A stretch of 64,000 nt of DNA from Haplodiscus bocki. Lineage: Eukaryota. Each line of letters opens with the position of its first letter. Within the stretch, counting starts at the first letter, position 1. The notes beneath the pieces were generated by a model. The model was not told the origin of the DNA. It did not search any database and saw nothing but the letters and a program-made list of their open reading frames with translations. Location of the stretch: assembly GCA_965655095.1 (NCBI GenBank), contig OZ296650.1, positions 68,758,001-68,822,000 on the forward strand. Direction: 5' to 3'. The position numbers were made by a program, and so were the translations under genes. Positions 51,634-64,000 of the stretch are shown here, in pieces.

Positions 51634-53481
51634 TGTCATGCCCGCATGAGGGAAGCATGAGATATCTACATATCCTTAAACTTACGGTATGTCATATATG
51701 TATGAAGCCATTATCATTTTTAAGAACTTAATGAAATTTCTGTAGCCAAAATCGCATAGAACTATAAATGCCATTGTGTTCTACTACCCCCCCCCCCCCG
51801 ACATAAACGTGAATTATGGAATTATGTACCATGTAAGCAACATTTGTATTATGTAGAAAAAATTGCTGAGCATATAAAAGCATCTTTTTCCCATCTAAAA
51901 CCAGTTTTCTAGAACTACGAGATGAAAATGACAGATTCCGATGGAGGCTCAAAGTAACCGGAACTGACGTAAAAGACCCCGGAATGCTCCAGCCGGAACA
52001 ACATAAGCCAGTACAAGTACCCTCTGTAGCGGCCGGACTAATGGGATAAATAGAGAGGCGGAATACATTTTCATTGGGAAACATCGGTCTGATGTTTCCC
52101 TGTACTATTTCATTCCGAACAGACGCACAGTATAAAATTGTTGAGCAGAGAGTTTTTACTGACATTTAAAAGCCTCTTAGTCATGACGGAATGGATTAAT
52201 TACGGAAACAAATTTCATTGTTTCACATCCAACTGGTGTAAACTTCCGACAATGCTTTTACCATAGTTCTAAAATTCCATCAGTTTTCTTCCAAACGATG
52301 AAAACCTCTTGTACAGACTGCCAGATAATTTAAAATACATTTCTTTTCATCGATAGGATAACAATTGGTCAGAAAAAAAGTGCTATTGTCAAATCTCATC
52401 AATTGGTTGATAACACTTTTCTTTGATAAGTGTTATTTATCATTTTTTATCCACACTAAGCAATAATAACTCAACCGTCCCACTCATAAACTACAGCGGA
52501 ACACTGATGGGTGCCATCAGTAAAGTACATCGGAATTCATCCAATTTAGGCATGAAAAGCTACTAGACAAGAGAAAATAGGATTACAAATAGACGAAATG
52601 ATGAATCCAGTGGAAGCTAAAATAGCCTGAAAATGACGTAAAACATATTGAGAAAATTCAGGGCACAGAAAAAAAGCCATCATTTCCCTAAATTTAACCC
52701 CGTACAATGACTTTACGTATAATATTGATGTATTTAGATATAATCCACGATTTTGAATTTATGCAAACTTATTGCATCAAATGTGCATAATTAGCATGTT
52801 GTACGAAGCGTAACCGCCATTTTTGCGGTGGATATGCGTTCACACTTTAATTAGTTAGTGAGTGATATAACTAACACGCCAATGAGAAATCTCTGATGGT
52901 AAGAATTGAGTCTTACCATCGGTCATGTTACCACGCAAATCCACCGAAAACCACCGCAGTTTTGGTGCAATTAGTAGGGAAAAAAATTTTCACCTTTGCA
53001 AGAACGTACACGTCTTACCAACACAGATTGATCCTAGTTGATTTAGCTTACATGGAACCGCAACTGAAAATTCATCATTTTCCATCGACTTTTGTAAACT
53101 CGCTCGCATTCAGACCAACGCTTTTTTCAAATTCCAAAATACATCTAATTTCATCGTAAATTCAAGTCTTGAAATTTGAATGCTTGATTCTGACTCCTAC
53201 CGAAAACTGAGAAGCGAAAAAGGTATAACACAGACTCAGGCTGCACAATGAGTAAAAATGGTAGTGTTGAATGCAACAGACCCGTTAATTCATCGGAAGA
53301 TATTGAGGGAGAAGGTCCTGAAAGTCGTACTTTGACCCAAGAATTGGACAGCGAACAAATCAAAGTGTTCATCGCCTCACTAAGACTACAGCTAGACGAA
53401 TTGACTCGACTGGTTTAGGGGGCCATTACCCCAAGACTGATGACTGTACCACTTTTTTTACAGCCGCACATCACCCCGACA
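51634..53481 (+). mobile_element. Solo LTR (subfamily C, 1848 bp) with 5-bp TSD ACATG and a decayed internal ORF (53180-53481)
   Basis: TGTC...GACA termini; ACATG at 51629-51633 and 53482-53486. ORF MLDSDSYRKLRSEK...TLTQE...EQIKVFIASLRLQLDELTRLV runs toward the LTR end. Confidence 0.85.
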
Positions 53482-53899
53482 ACATGTAACTTCGCCATTT
53501 AGTTTGAGTTCTTCGATATTTCGCTCACTGAATACTAATTTAAAATTTACGCCTCTTTGACTTGTCAAGAATTAGCAACTGACTTATTGAAAGACAATTC
53601 TGGAAATTCAGCCCTAAAGTTACCCAGAAAAACTGGTTTGTTGTTGTGTACTTTCTGAAGGCAATCCAGTTTGGTCAACGCAAGCTTTGCTCTTCGTTGG
53701 CCTATCTGATCTACTCAAGAACTTTCCCTTCAATTCTTCGGAGAACAATTTCAGTTTCAGTTTCATCAATGAGATTTAGTTCTGCGGTAACTAACACATT
53801 CTTCTTTAAAACGTTTGTCCTGGCAACAAAATCGAATCAAGTTTTCCCGTTAACTTACAGTTTCTGAAAAAGATGCCACGTTAAAAAAATTCTGCTCGA

Positions 53900-56205
53900 A
53901 ATTATGCGATACACGAGGGTTAAAAGTAGATTTTCAGGTATATCAGAACGCGTGATTGAGGCTTCCTTTGCGCAGACCATTGATTGTCAAAGTAAATTTT
54001 CTGAGGCTGAAGTTTTACGGAAACGTAACTATATTTATTACGACACAGTAGCTAACAATGAGGAACACTGAATCTCGGAGCCGAATTACTCAATTGGTTT
54101 CCGTACTGCAGCAAACATCACTTTGGTTTAACTGTCGGCCTTAAATGACAGATACAAAGATTCATCTGAAAAAGCAGACCGTCTACAAGTTCATTTCAAA
54201 CTGTTTTTACAGGTACACTCAAGATACCAGAGCACGTTACGACGACATTCACAGGTTTTTATAGTGATTGTATGGGATTTTTTACTGAAGAGATTTCTGA
54301 TTTTTCCAATGCAAATGTTGATATCATTTCTGTTTTGTCCAACTCGCAAAAACCTATTGACTTGATAACATGCGTAAAAGTTGAAGCTGCCTGGTTAGTA
54401 AGCTCAAATATCTTCAGTACAGAAAGGGCATGGCATTGACACTTCTCTGTGACAGCTATGAAAACAAAACAATGTTGTTCATGCACATATGCAGGCATTT
54501 TTGTTAAAGGGACCAGTGGGACTTGGATCAGCAACCAGTGTAATGAAACTAGACCATATGGGAGCTTTGGTTGAACCAATCCAGTAAGTGGAGTACTGAG
54601 AGTCAGTTTTGGTCTTCTACTGTCTGACTACATGGATCCCGAGTCACGCAAGCAGTTTCAATTAGATCATCCGTTAGCTGACCAGTTCATTTGTAAAGAT
54701 CTCTCCAATTTAAAGGAAATTCGTAGCTTGGCGCCAGAAGTATGTGAATCTAAGGTGAAGCCATAACTAAGTGTAACGAGAAATATTCAACGCACTCAAA
54801 AATGGATAAAGAGATAATTTTCTTCAAGTGCTGAGATCTCAAGCGTATGTAGAGAAACCGGTGAACAAGACTCAAGGCTTGTCTACCGTTAACAACATTT
54901 TCCGTTGCTGATTGACATTGCTTCAATTGTCTCCTAACTGAGCACTTTTTTGAGGGCTCTCTTTTCTGACTGGCTTCACCTGAATGTAAACAAAAGCATC
55001 TCATCACAATGCATTGTTCAATGAATTGATCTTGGGTTGCATAAAACACCACAGATGACAAAACTATGGTCTCATTGACCAGCTCTCACATAAATCCGAC
55101 GGCAACGATCTCAAGCGGTGACAAGTATAATTTTGTGGCCAACAATTCACATCAACACATTATCTCTTTCAACGGCAGCTGTATCCTTGACAGAAAAGAC
55201 GGGGGTGACCCTCAAAAATAAAGCACTCCTAGATTCTTTATCTCAGGCCTGTTTTATTACAATCAAACGAACAAAATCTTCTTTGTTTACAAATAGATGA
55301 TATCACACAAGAGCCACAACACTGCACTCCTCATAAATTCAAAATGTTTTCTGTCTGTTGCCCATGAAATTGAATTATGAAAATGAAAAAAAAACAGGCA
55401 TTTGATTGCTGAATTTTCAAAAAATTTACTTTCAAAACAGAGTGATTTCTCACAAATTCGGAAGTTCCATAAATTTAACTTGAGAGAGCTTGTTTTCAAT
55501 ATTGCTTTCAAATTAGACAAGCCGTTGGGAGCCAACGTTTTCGAAGCCACATCACAGGGAAACAAAATCAGAGAAGATTGACTACACATTTGCGAATCCA
55601 TTTTTGGATTTCGTTTCATCGATTTTGGTCAGCTTGTGTCATCAGACACTGATGTTTTTCAATTCACAGGTCTCTACCGTCAAGCGATATTGCTAATTGT
55701 CTTGAGCAAAAACTCTGTAACTTTTGGGGAATCTCCACACTGTCTAAACTCTGTAAACCAGAGCAAAAAATCTTTTCCACTCAACAACACAAAAAAACAC
55801 AGAAAGAAAATTGATTTTGAAACGGATCTTCAAAAAAAGGACTTGCACAACTTGCGCAGAGCAAACATATTGCTTTGAAGAGATTTTTAAGCCTTGAAAG
55901 GGCTCTTTAACATCGTCCAAAAACTCCACAAATCCACAACAGAATTCAGCATTCATCAAAGAGTTCGCTGACCTGGAAAATTTTTAAAAAGTGCAAAATC
56001 TGAAGATTCAAAACTGTAAAAAAACATCACTTGATATATTTGGTTCATCAATGTGTGATGGCAGAAGACCCTACTTCAGGAAAATTCTGGGACGAAACTT
56101 ATGCTGCTGCGTAGGCAACATCTGCCCTTTCTTTGAACGGTTGCCTTCTCGTGGGAGAAAAATCCAAGAAAACCAATATGAAAACCCCGTCTGTTCCTCC
56201 AGATA
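53900..56205 (+). pseudogene. BEL/Pao gag-protease-RT N-terminal fragment (the part from 54155 is repeated in each array unit)
   Basis: DUF1759-like LKIP...TFTG...LSNSQK...VKVEAAWLVSS; knuckles CFNCLLTEH...CKQKH...MH; protease LSTAAVSL...KALLDSLSQACFIT; AFIKEFADL; HQCV..ED.TSGK; NGCLLVG.KIQE. Confidence 0.85.
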
Positions 56206-59200
56206 CCCAGGTCGAAGTTTTTTTGGGAAAACGCCGCTGTTTTTCCGGTATAGTGGTGTAAACGCCGCTAACGCCGCTAACTTACTAGCAAAACGCTGTT
56301 AACACCTTTATACCAACAAGGAACACCGTTAACGCCTTTAGCGTTCCGGTTGAGCGCCGTTAACGCTGTCATACCAGGAAAAACATGTGTCTACAAAATA
56401 TCTGAATTTCTCGCTCCATAAAGATTGAGAAATTCATGGTCAATTATTTTTTTGATAAAGCATTTGGAGGCTTTTAGAGCATATTTCCTCGAAAGTGTGG
56501 GAGAACTGCAGGGGACTGGAGTCCGGGCCTGAAAGTGGCGGCATTAGTAATGTCATTGAATTTGCCACGGTCAAACAAGTTTACAAAAAATTTGATCATT
56601 TTACGACTAGACTAGTTGAAGTCTTGCAAAAGTTTTGCAGAAATAAACAAAAATTATTTTAACCTAAAGGCCTCTCTCAAAATAATTTAAGTGTATTTCT
56701 TCCTGGTTACAAGGTCCATCTTCAGTTGTTGCCAAAGATTCATCTGAAAAAGCAGACCGTCTACAAGTTCATTTCAAACTGTTTTTACAGGTACACTCAA
56801 GATACCAGAGCACGTTACGACGACATTCACAGGTTTTTATAGTGATTGTATGGGATTTTTTACTGAAGAGATTTCTGATTTTTCCAATGCAAATGTTGAT
56901 ATCATTTCTGTTTTGTCCAACTCGCAAAAACCTATTGACTTGATAACATGCGTAAAAGTTGAAGCTGCCTGGTTAGTAAGCTCAAATATCTTCAGTACAG
57001 AAAGGGCATGGCATTGACACTTCTCTGTGACAGCTATGAAAACAAAACAATGTTGTTCATGCACATATGCAGGCATTTTTGTTAAAGGGACCAGTGGGAC
57101 TTGGATCAGCAACCAGTGTAATGAAACTAGACCATATGGGAGCTTTGGTTGAACCAATCCAGTAAGTGGAGTACTGAGAGTCAGTTTTGGTCTTCTACTG
57201 TCTGACTACATGGATCCCGAGTCACGCAAGCAGTTTCAATTAGATCATCCGTTAGCTGACCAGTTCATTTGTAAAGATCTCTCCAATTTAAAGGAAATTC
57301 GTAGCTTGGCGCCAGAAGTATGTGAATCTAAGGTGAAGCCATAACTAAGTGTAACGAGAAATATTCAACGCACTCAAAAATGGATAAAGAGATAATTTTC
57401 TTCAAGTGCTGAGATCTCAAGCGTATGTAGAGAAACCGGTGAACAAGACTCAAGGCTTGTCTACCGTTAACAACATTTTCCGTTGCTGATTGACATTGCT
57501 TCAATTGTCTCCTAACTGAGCACTTTTTTGAGGGCTCTCTTTTCTGACTGGCTTCACCTGAATGTAAACAAAAGCATCTCATCACAATGCATTGTTCAAT
57601 GAATTGATCTTGGGTTGCATAAAACACCACAGATGACAAAACTATGGTCTCATTGACCAGCTCTCACATAAATCCGACGGCAACGATCTCAAGCGGTGAC
57701 AAGTATAATTTTGTGGCCAACAATTCACATCAACACATTATTTCTTTCAACGGCAGCTGTATCCTTGACAGAAAAGACGGGGGTGACCCTCAAAAATAAA
57801 GCACTCCTAGATTCTTTATCTCAGGCCTGTTTTATTACAATCAAACGAACAAAATCTTCTTTGTTTACAAATAGATGATATCACACAAGAGCCACAACAC
57901 TGCACTCCTCATAAATTCAAAATGTTTTCTGTCTGTTGCCCATGAAATTGAATTATGAAAATGAAAAAAAACAGGCATTTGATTGCTGAATTTTCAAAAA
58001 ATTTACTTTCAAAACAGAGTGATTTCTCACAAATTCGGAAGTTCCATAAATTTAACTTGAGAGAGCTTGTTTTCAATATTGCTTTCAAATTAGACAAGCC
58101 GTTGGGAGCCAACGTTTTCGAAGCCACATCACAGGGAAACAAAATCAGAGAAGATTGACTACACATTTGCGAATCCGTTTTTGGATTTCGTTTCATCGAT
58201 TTTGGTCAGCTTGTGTCATCAGACACTGATGTTTTTCAATTCACAGGTCTCTACCGTCAAGCGATATTGCTAATTGTCTTGAGCAAAAACTCTGTAACTT
58301 TTGGGGAATCTCCACACTGTCTAAACTCTGTAAACCAGAGCAAAAAATCTTTTCCACTCAACAACACAAAAAAACACAGAAAGAAAATTGATTTTGAAAC
58401 GGATCTTCAAAAAAAGGACTTGCACAACTTGCGCAGAGCAAACATATTGCTTTGAAGAGATTTTTAAGCCTTGAAAGGGCTCTTTAACATCGTCCAAAAA
58501 CTCCACAAATCCACAACAGAATTCAGCATTCATCAAAGAGTTCGCTGACCTGGAAAATTTTTAAAAAGTGCAAAATCTGAAGATTCAAAACTGTAAAAAA
58601 ACATCACTTGATATATTTGGTTCATCAATGTGTGATGGCAGAAGACCCTACTTCAGGAAAATTCTGGGACGAAACTTATGCTGCTGCGTAGGCAACATCT
58701 GCCCTTTCTTTGAACGGTTGCCTTCTCGTGGGAGAAAAATCCAAGAAAACCAATATGAAAACCCCGTCTGTTCCTCCAGATACCCAGGTCGAAGTTTTTT
58801 TGGGAAAACGCCGCTGTTTTTCCGGTATAGTGGTGTAAACGCCGCTAACGCCGCTAACTTACTAGCAAAACGCTGTTAACACCTTTATACCAACAAGGAA
58901 CACCGTTAACGCCTTTAGCGTTCCGGTTGAGCGCCGTTAACGCTGTCATACCAGGAAAAACATGTGTCTACAAAATATCTGAATTTCTCGCTCCATAAAG
59001 ATTGAGAAATTCATGGTCAATTATTTTTTTGATAAAGCATTTGGAGGCTTTTAGAGCATATTTCCTCGAAAGTGTGGGAGAACTGCAGGGGACTGGAGTC
59101 CGGGCCTGAAAGTGGCGGCATTAGTAATGTCATTGAATTTGCCACGGTCAAACAAGTTTACAAAAAATTTGATCATTTTACGACTAGACTAGTTGAAGTC

Positions 59201-62200
59201 TTGCAAAAGTTTTGCAGAAATAAACAAAAATTATTTTAACCTAAAGGCCTCTCTCAAAATAATTTAAGTGTATTTCTTCCTGGTTACAAGGTCCATCTTC
59301 AGTTGTTGCCAAAGATTCATCTGAAAAAGCAGACCGTCTACAAGTTCATTTCAAACTGTTTTTACAGGTACACTCAAGATACCAGAGCACGTTACGACGA
59401 CATTCACAGGTTTTTATAGTGATTGTATGGGATTTTTTACTGAAGAGATTTCTGATTTTTCCAATGCAAATGTTGATATCATTTCTGTTTTGTCCAACTC
59501 GCAAAAACCTATTGACTTGATAACATGCGTAAAAGTTGAAGCTGCCTGGTTAGTAAGCTCAAATATCTTCAGTACAGAAAGGGCATGGCATTGACACTTC
59601 TCTGTGACAGCTATGAAAACAAAACAATGTTGTTCATGCACATATGCAGGCATTTTTGTTAAAGGGACCAGTGGGACTTGGATCAGCAACCAGTGTAATG
59701 AAACTAGACCATATGGGAGCTTTGGTTGAACCAATCCAGTAAGTGGAGTACTGAGAGTCAGTTTTGGTCTTCTACTGTCTGACTACATGGATCCCGAGTC
59801 ACGCAAGCAGTTTCAATTAGATCATCCGTTAGCTGACCAGTTCATTTGTAAAGATCTCTCCAATTTAAAGGAAATTCGTAGCTTGGCGCCAGAAGTATGT
59901 GAATCTAAGGTGAAGCCATAACTAAGTGTAACGAGAAATATTCAACGCACTCAAAAATGGATAAAGAGATAATTTTCTTCAAGTGCTGAGATCTCAAGCG
60001 TATGTAGAGAAACCGGTGAACAAGACTCAAGGCTTGTCTACCGTTAACAACATTTTCCGTTGCTGATTGACATTGCTTCAATTGTCTCCTAACTGAGCAC
60101 TTTTTTGAGGGCTCTCTTTTCTGACTGGCTTCACCTGAATGTAAACAAAAGCATCTCATCACAATGCATTGTTCAATGAATTGATCTTGGGTTGCATAAA
60201 ACACCACAGATGACAAAACTATGGTCTCATTGACCAGCTCTCACATAAATCCGACGGCAACGATCTCAAGCGGTGACAAGTATAATTTTGTGGCCAACAA
60301 TTCACATCAACACATTATTTCTTTCAACGGCAGCTGTATCCTTGACAGAAAAGACGGGGGTGACCCTCAAAAATAAAGCACTCCTAGATTCTTTATCTCA
60401 GGCCTGTTTTATTACAATCAAACGAACAAAATCTTCTTTGTTTACAAATAGATGATATCACACAAGAGCCACAACACTGCACTCCTCATAAATTCAAAAT
60501 GTTTTCTGTCTGTTGCCCATGAAATTGAATTATGAAAATGAAAAAAAAACAGGCATTTGATTGCTGAATTTTCAAAAAATTTACTTTCAAAACAGAGTGA
60601 TTTCTCACAAATTCGGAAGTTCCATAAATTTAACTTGAGAGAGCTTGTTTTCAATATTGCTTTCAAATTAGACAAGCCGTTGGGAGCCAACGTTTTCGAA
60701 GCCACATCACAGGGAAACAAAATCAGAGAAGATTGACTACACATTTGCGAATCCATTTTTGGATTTCGTTTCATCGATTTTGGTCAGCTTGTGTCATCAG
60801 ACACTGATGTTTTTCAATTCACAGGTCTCTACCGTCAAGCGATATTGCTAATTGTCTTGAGCAAAAACTCTGTAACTTTTGGGGAATCTCCACACTGTCT
60901 AAACTCTGTAAACCAGAGCAAAAAATCTTTTCCACTCAACAACACAAAAAAACACAGAAAGAAAATTGATTTTGAAACGGATCTTCAAAAAAAGGACTTG
61001 CACAACTTGCGCAGAGCAAACATATTGCTTTGAAGAGATTTTTAAGCCTTGAAAGGGCTCTTTAACATCGTCCAAAAACTCCACAAATCCACAAAAGAAT
61101 TCAGCATTCATCAAAGAGTTCGCTGACCTGGAAAATTTTTAAAAAGTGCAAAATCTGAAGATTCAAAACTGTAAAAAAACATCACTTGATATATTTGGTT
61201 CATCAATGTGTGATGGCAGAAGACCCTACTTCAGGAAAATTCTGGGACGAAACTTATGCTGCTGCGTAGGCAACATCTGCCCTTTCTTTGAACGGTTGCC
61301 TTCTCGTGGGAGAAAAATCCAAGAAAACCAATATGAAAACCCCGTCTGTTCCTCCAGATACCCAGGTCGAAGTTTTTTTGGGAAAACGCCGCTGTTTTTC
61401 CGGTATAGTGGCGTAAACGCCGCTAACGCCGCTAACTTACTAGCAAAACGCTGTTAACACCTTTATACCAACAAGGAACACCGTTAACGCCTTTAGCGTT
61501 CCGGTTGAGCGCCGTTAACGCTGTCATACCAGGAAAAACATGTGTCTACAAAATATCTGAATTTCTCGCTCCATAAAGATTGAGAAATTCATGGTCAATT
61601 ATTTTTTTGATAAAGCATTTGGAGGCTTTTAGAGCATATTTCCTCGAAAGTGTGGGAGAACTGCAGGGGACTGGAGTCCGGGCCTGAAAGTGGCGGCATT
61701 AGTAATGTCATTGAATTTGCCACGGTCAAACAAGTTTACAAAAAATTTGATCATTTTACGACTAGACTAGTTGAAGTCTTGCAAAAGTTTTGCAGAAATA
61801 AACAAAAATTATTTTAACCTAAAGGCCTCTCTCAAAATAATTTAAGTGTATTTCTTCCTGGTTACAAGGTCCATCTTCAGTTGTTGCCAAAGATTCATCT
61901 GAAAAAGCAGACCGTCTACAAGTTCATTTCAAACTGTTTTTACAGGTACACTCAAGATACCAGAGCACGTTACGACGACATTCACAGGTTTTTATAGTGA
62001 TTGTATGGGATTTTTTACTGAAGAGATTTCTGATTTTTCCAATGCAAATGTTGATATCATTTCTGTTTTGTCCAACTCGCAAAAACCTATTGACTTGATA
62101 ACATGCGTAAAAGTTGAAGCTGCCTGGTTAGTAAGCTCAAATATCTTCAGTACAGAAAGGGCATGGCATTGACACTTCTCTGTGACAGCTATGAAAACAA

Positions 62201-64000
62201 AACAATGTTGTTCATGCACATATGCAGGCATTTTTGTTAAAGGGACCAGTGGGACTTGGATCAGCAACCAGTGTAATGAAACTAGACCATATGGGAGCTT
62301 TGGTTGAACCAATCCAGTAAGTGGAGTACTGAGAGTCAGTTTTGGTCTTCTACTGTCTGACTACATGGATCCCGAGTCACGCAAGCAGTTTCAATTAGAT
62401 CATCCGTTAGCTGACCAGTTCATTTGTAAAGATCTCTCCAATTTAAAGGAAATTCGTAGCTTGGCGCCAGAAGTATGTGAATCTAAGGTGAAGCCATAAC
62501 TAAGTGTAACGAGAAATATTCAACGCACTCAAAAATGGATAAAGAGATAATTTTCTTCAAGTGCTGAGATCTCAAGCGTATGTAGAGAAACCGGTGAACA
62601 AGACTCAAGGCTTGTCTACCGTTAACAACATTTTCCGTTGCTGATTGACATTGCTTCAATTGTCTCCTAACTGAGCACTTTTTTGAGGGCTCTCTTTTCT
62701 GACTGGCTTCACCTGAATGTAAACAAAAGCATCTCATCACAATGCATTGTTCAATGAATTGATCTTGGGTTGCATAAAACACCACAGATGACAAAACTAT
62801 GGTCTCATTGACCAGCTCTCACATAAATCCGACGGCAACGATCTCAAGCGGTGACAAGTATAATTTTGTGGCCAACAATTCACATCAACACATTATTTCT
62901 TTCAACGGCAGCTGTATCCTTGACAGAAAAGACGGGGGTGACCCTCAAAAATAAAGCACTCCTAGATTCTTTATCTCAGGCCTGTTTTATTACAATCAAA
63001 CGAACAAAATCTTCTTTGTTTACAAATAGATGATATCACACAAGAGCCACAGACACTGATGTTTTTCAATTCACAGGTCTCTACCGTCAAGCGATATTGC
63101 TAATTGTCTTGAGCAAAAACTCTGTAACTTTTGGGGAATCTCCACACTGTCTAAACTCTGTAAACCAGAGCAAAAAATCTTTTCCACTCAACAACACAAA
63201 AAAACACAGAAAGAAAATTGATTTTGAAACGGATCTTCAAAAAAAGGACTTGCACAACTTGCGCAGAGCAAACATATTGCTTTGAAGAGATTTTTAAGCC
63301 TTGAAAGGGCTCTTTAACATCGTCCAAAAACTCCACAAATCCACAAAAGAATTCAGCATTCATCAAAGAGTTCGCTGACCTGGAAAATTTTTAAAAAGTG
63401 CAAAATCTGAAGATTCAAAACTGTAAAAAAACATCACTTGATATATTTGGTTCATCAATGTGTGATGGCAGAAGACCCTACTTCAGGAAAATTCTGGGAC
63501 GAAACTTATGCTGCTGCGTAGGCAACATCTGCCCTTTCTTTGAACGGTTGCCTTCTCGTGGGAGAAAAATCCAAGAAAACCAATATGAAAACCCCGTCTG
63601 TTCCTCCAGATACCCAGGTCGAAGTTTTTTTGGGAAAACGCCGCTGTTTTTCCGGTATAGTGGCGTAAACGCCGCTAACGCCGCTAACTTACTAGCAAAA
63701 CGCTGTTAACACCTTTATACCAACAAGGAACACCGTTAACGCCTTTAGCGTTCCGGTTGAGCGCCGTTAACGCTGTCATACCAGGAAAAACTTGTGTCTT
63801 CAAAAAATCTGATTTTCTCACTCCATGAAGAATGAGAAACTCATGGTCAATCATGTATTTGACAAAAGATTACGAAGCTTTTAGAGCATATTTCCTCCAA
63901 AATGTGGAAGAACTGCAGGAGACTGGAGTCTGGGCCTGAACGTGGCGGCATTGGTAGTGTCATTGATTTTGCCATGGCCAAGCAAGTTTACCAAAAAATT
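54155..64000. repeat. Tandem array of 2577-2578 bp units (starts 54155, 56733, 59310, 61888); the fourth unit has a 326-bp deletion
   Basis: Identical ORF-track entries at 2577/2578 offsets. The offset drops to 2252 after ~63050. Confidence 0.98.
56206..56385 (+). mobile_element. Truncated copy of the TA-MITE inserted in the BEL/Pao RT (also at ~58783, 61361, 63613)
   Basis: TA|CCCAGGTCGAAG...GGGAAAACGCCG matches 33892 onward. The minisatellite is largely deleted and the right TIR is absent. Confidence 0.8.

Noticed and set aside
54259-55061. Repeated minus-strand ORFs in the tandem array as a gene family
   Set aside because: They are antisense to the BEL/Pao pseudogene and recur only because the DNA is duplicated.

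Overview
AT-rich eukaryotic (metazoan-like) window made almost entirely of nested mobile elements, with no recognisable host gene or RNA gene. From left to right: (1) a conventional Ty3/Gypsy element (minus strand) inserted into a LINE 3' fragment. (2) A ~20 kb heavily decayed but structurally complete Polinton/Maverick (~4110-24254) with TIRs, integrase, protein-primed PolB, two major-capsid paralogs, packaging ATPase, two penton paralogs, a cysteine protease and a recent internal 2.13 kb tandem duplication. (3) A cluster of unusual long-LTR Gypsy-like elements of at least three subfamilies, in which 300-640 nt of the first ORF lie inside the LTR and read through the LTR end and the primer-binding site (GACA|TGGTGACAG = D-M-V-T). 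One complete, TSD-flanked copy (26287-33479) carries an in-frame 4x42-bp array of LTR-end+PBS junctions whose end motifs match the LTR termini of different elements in the same window. (4) A TA-flanked MITE with a 31-bp minisatellite. (5) A 2.58 kb tandem array built from a dead BEL/Pao fragment. Protein assignments come from manual translation and remembered family motifs, not database searches, and pseudogene boundaries are approximate.
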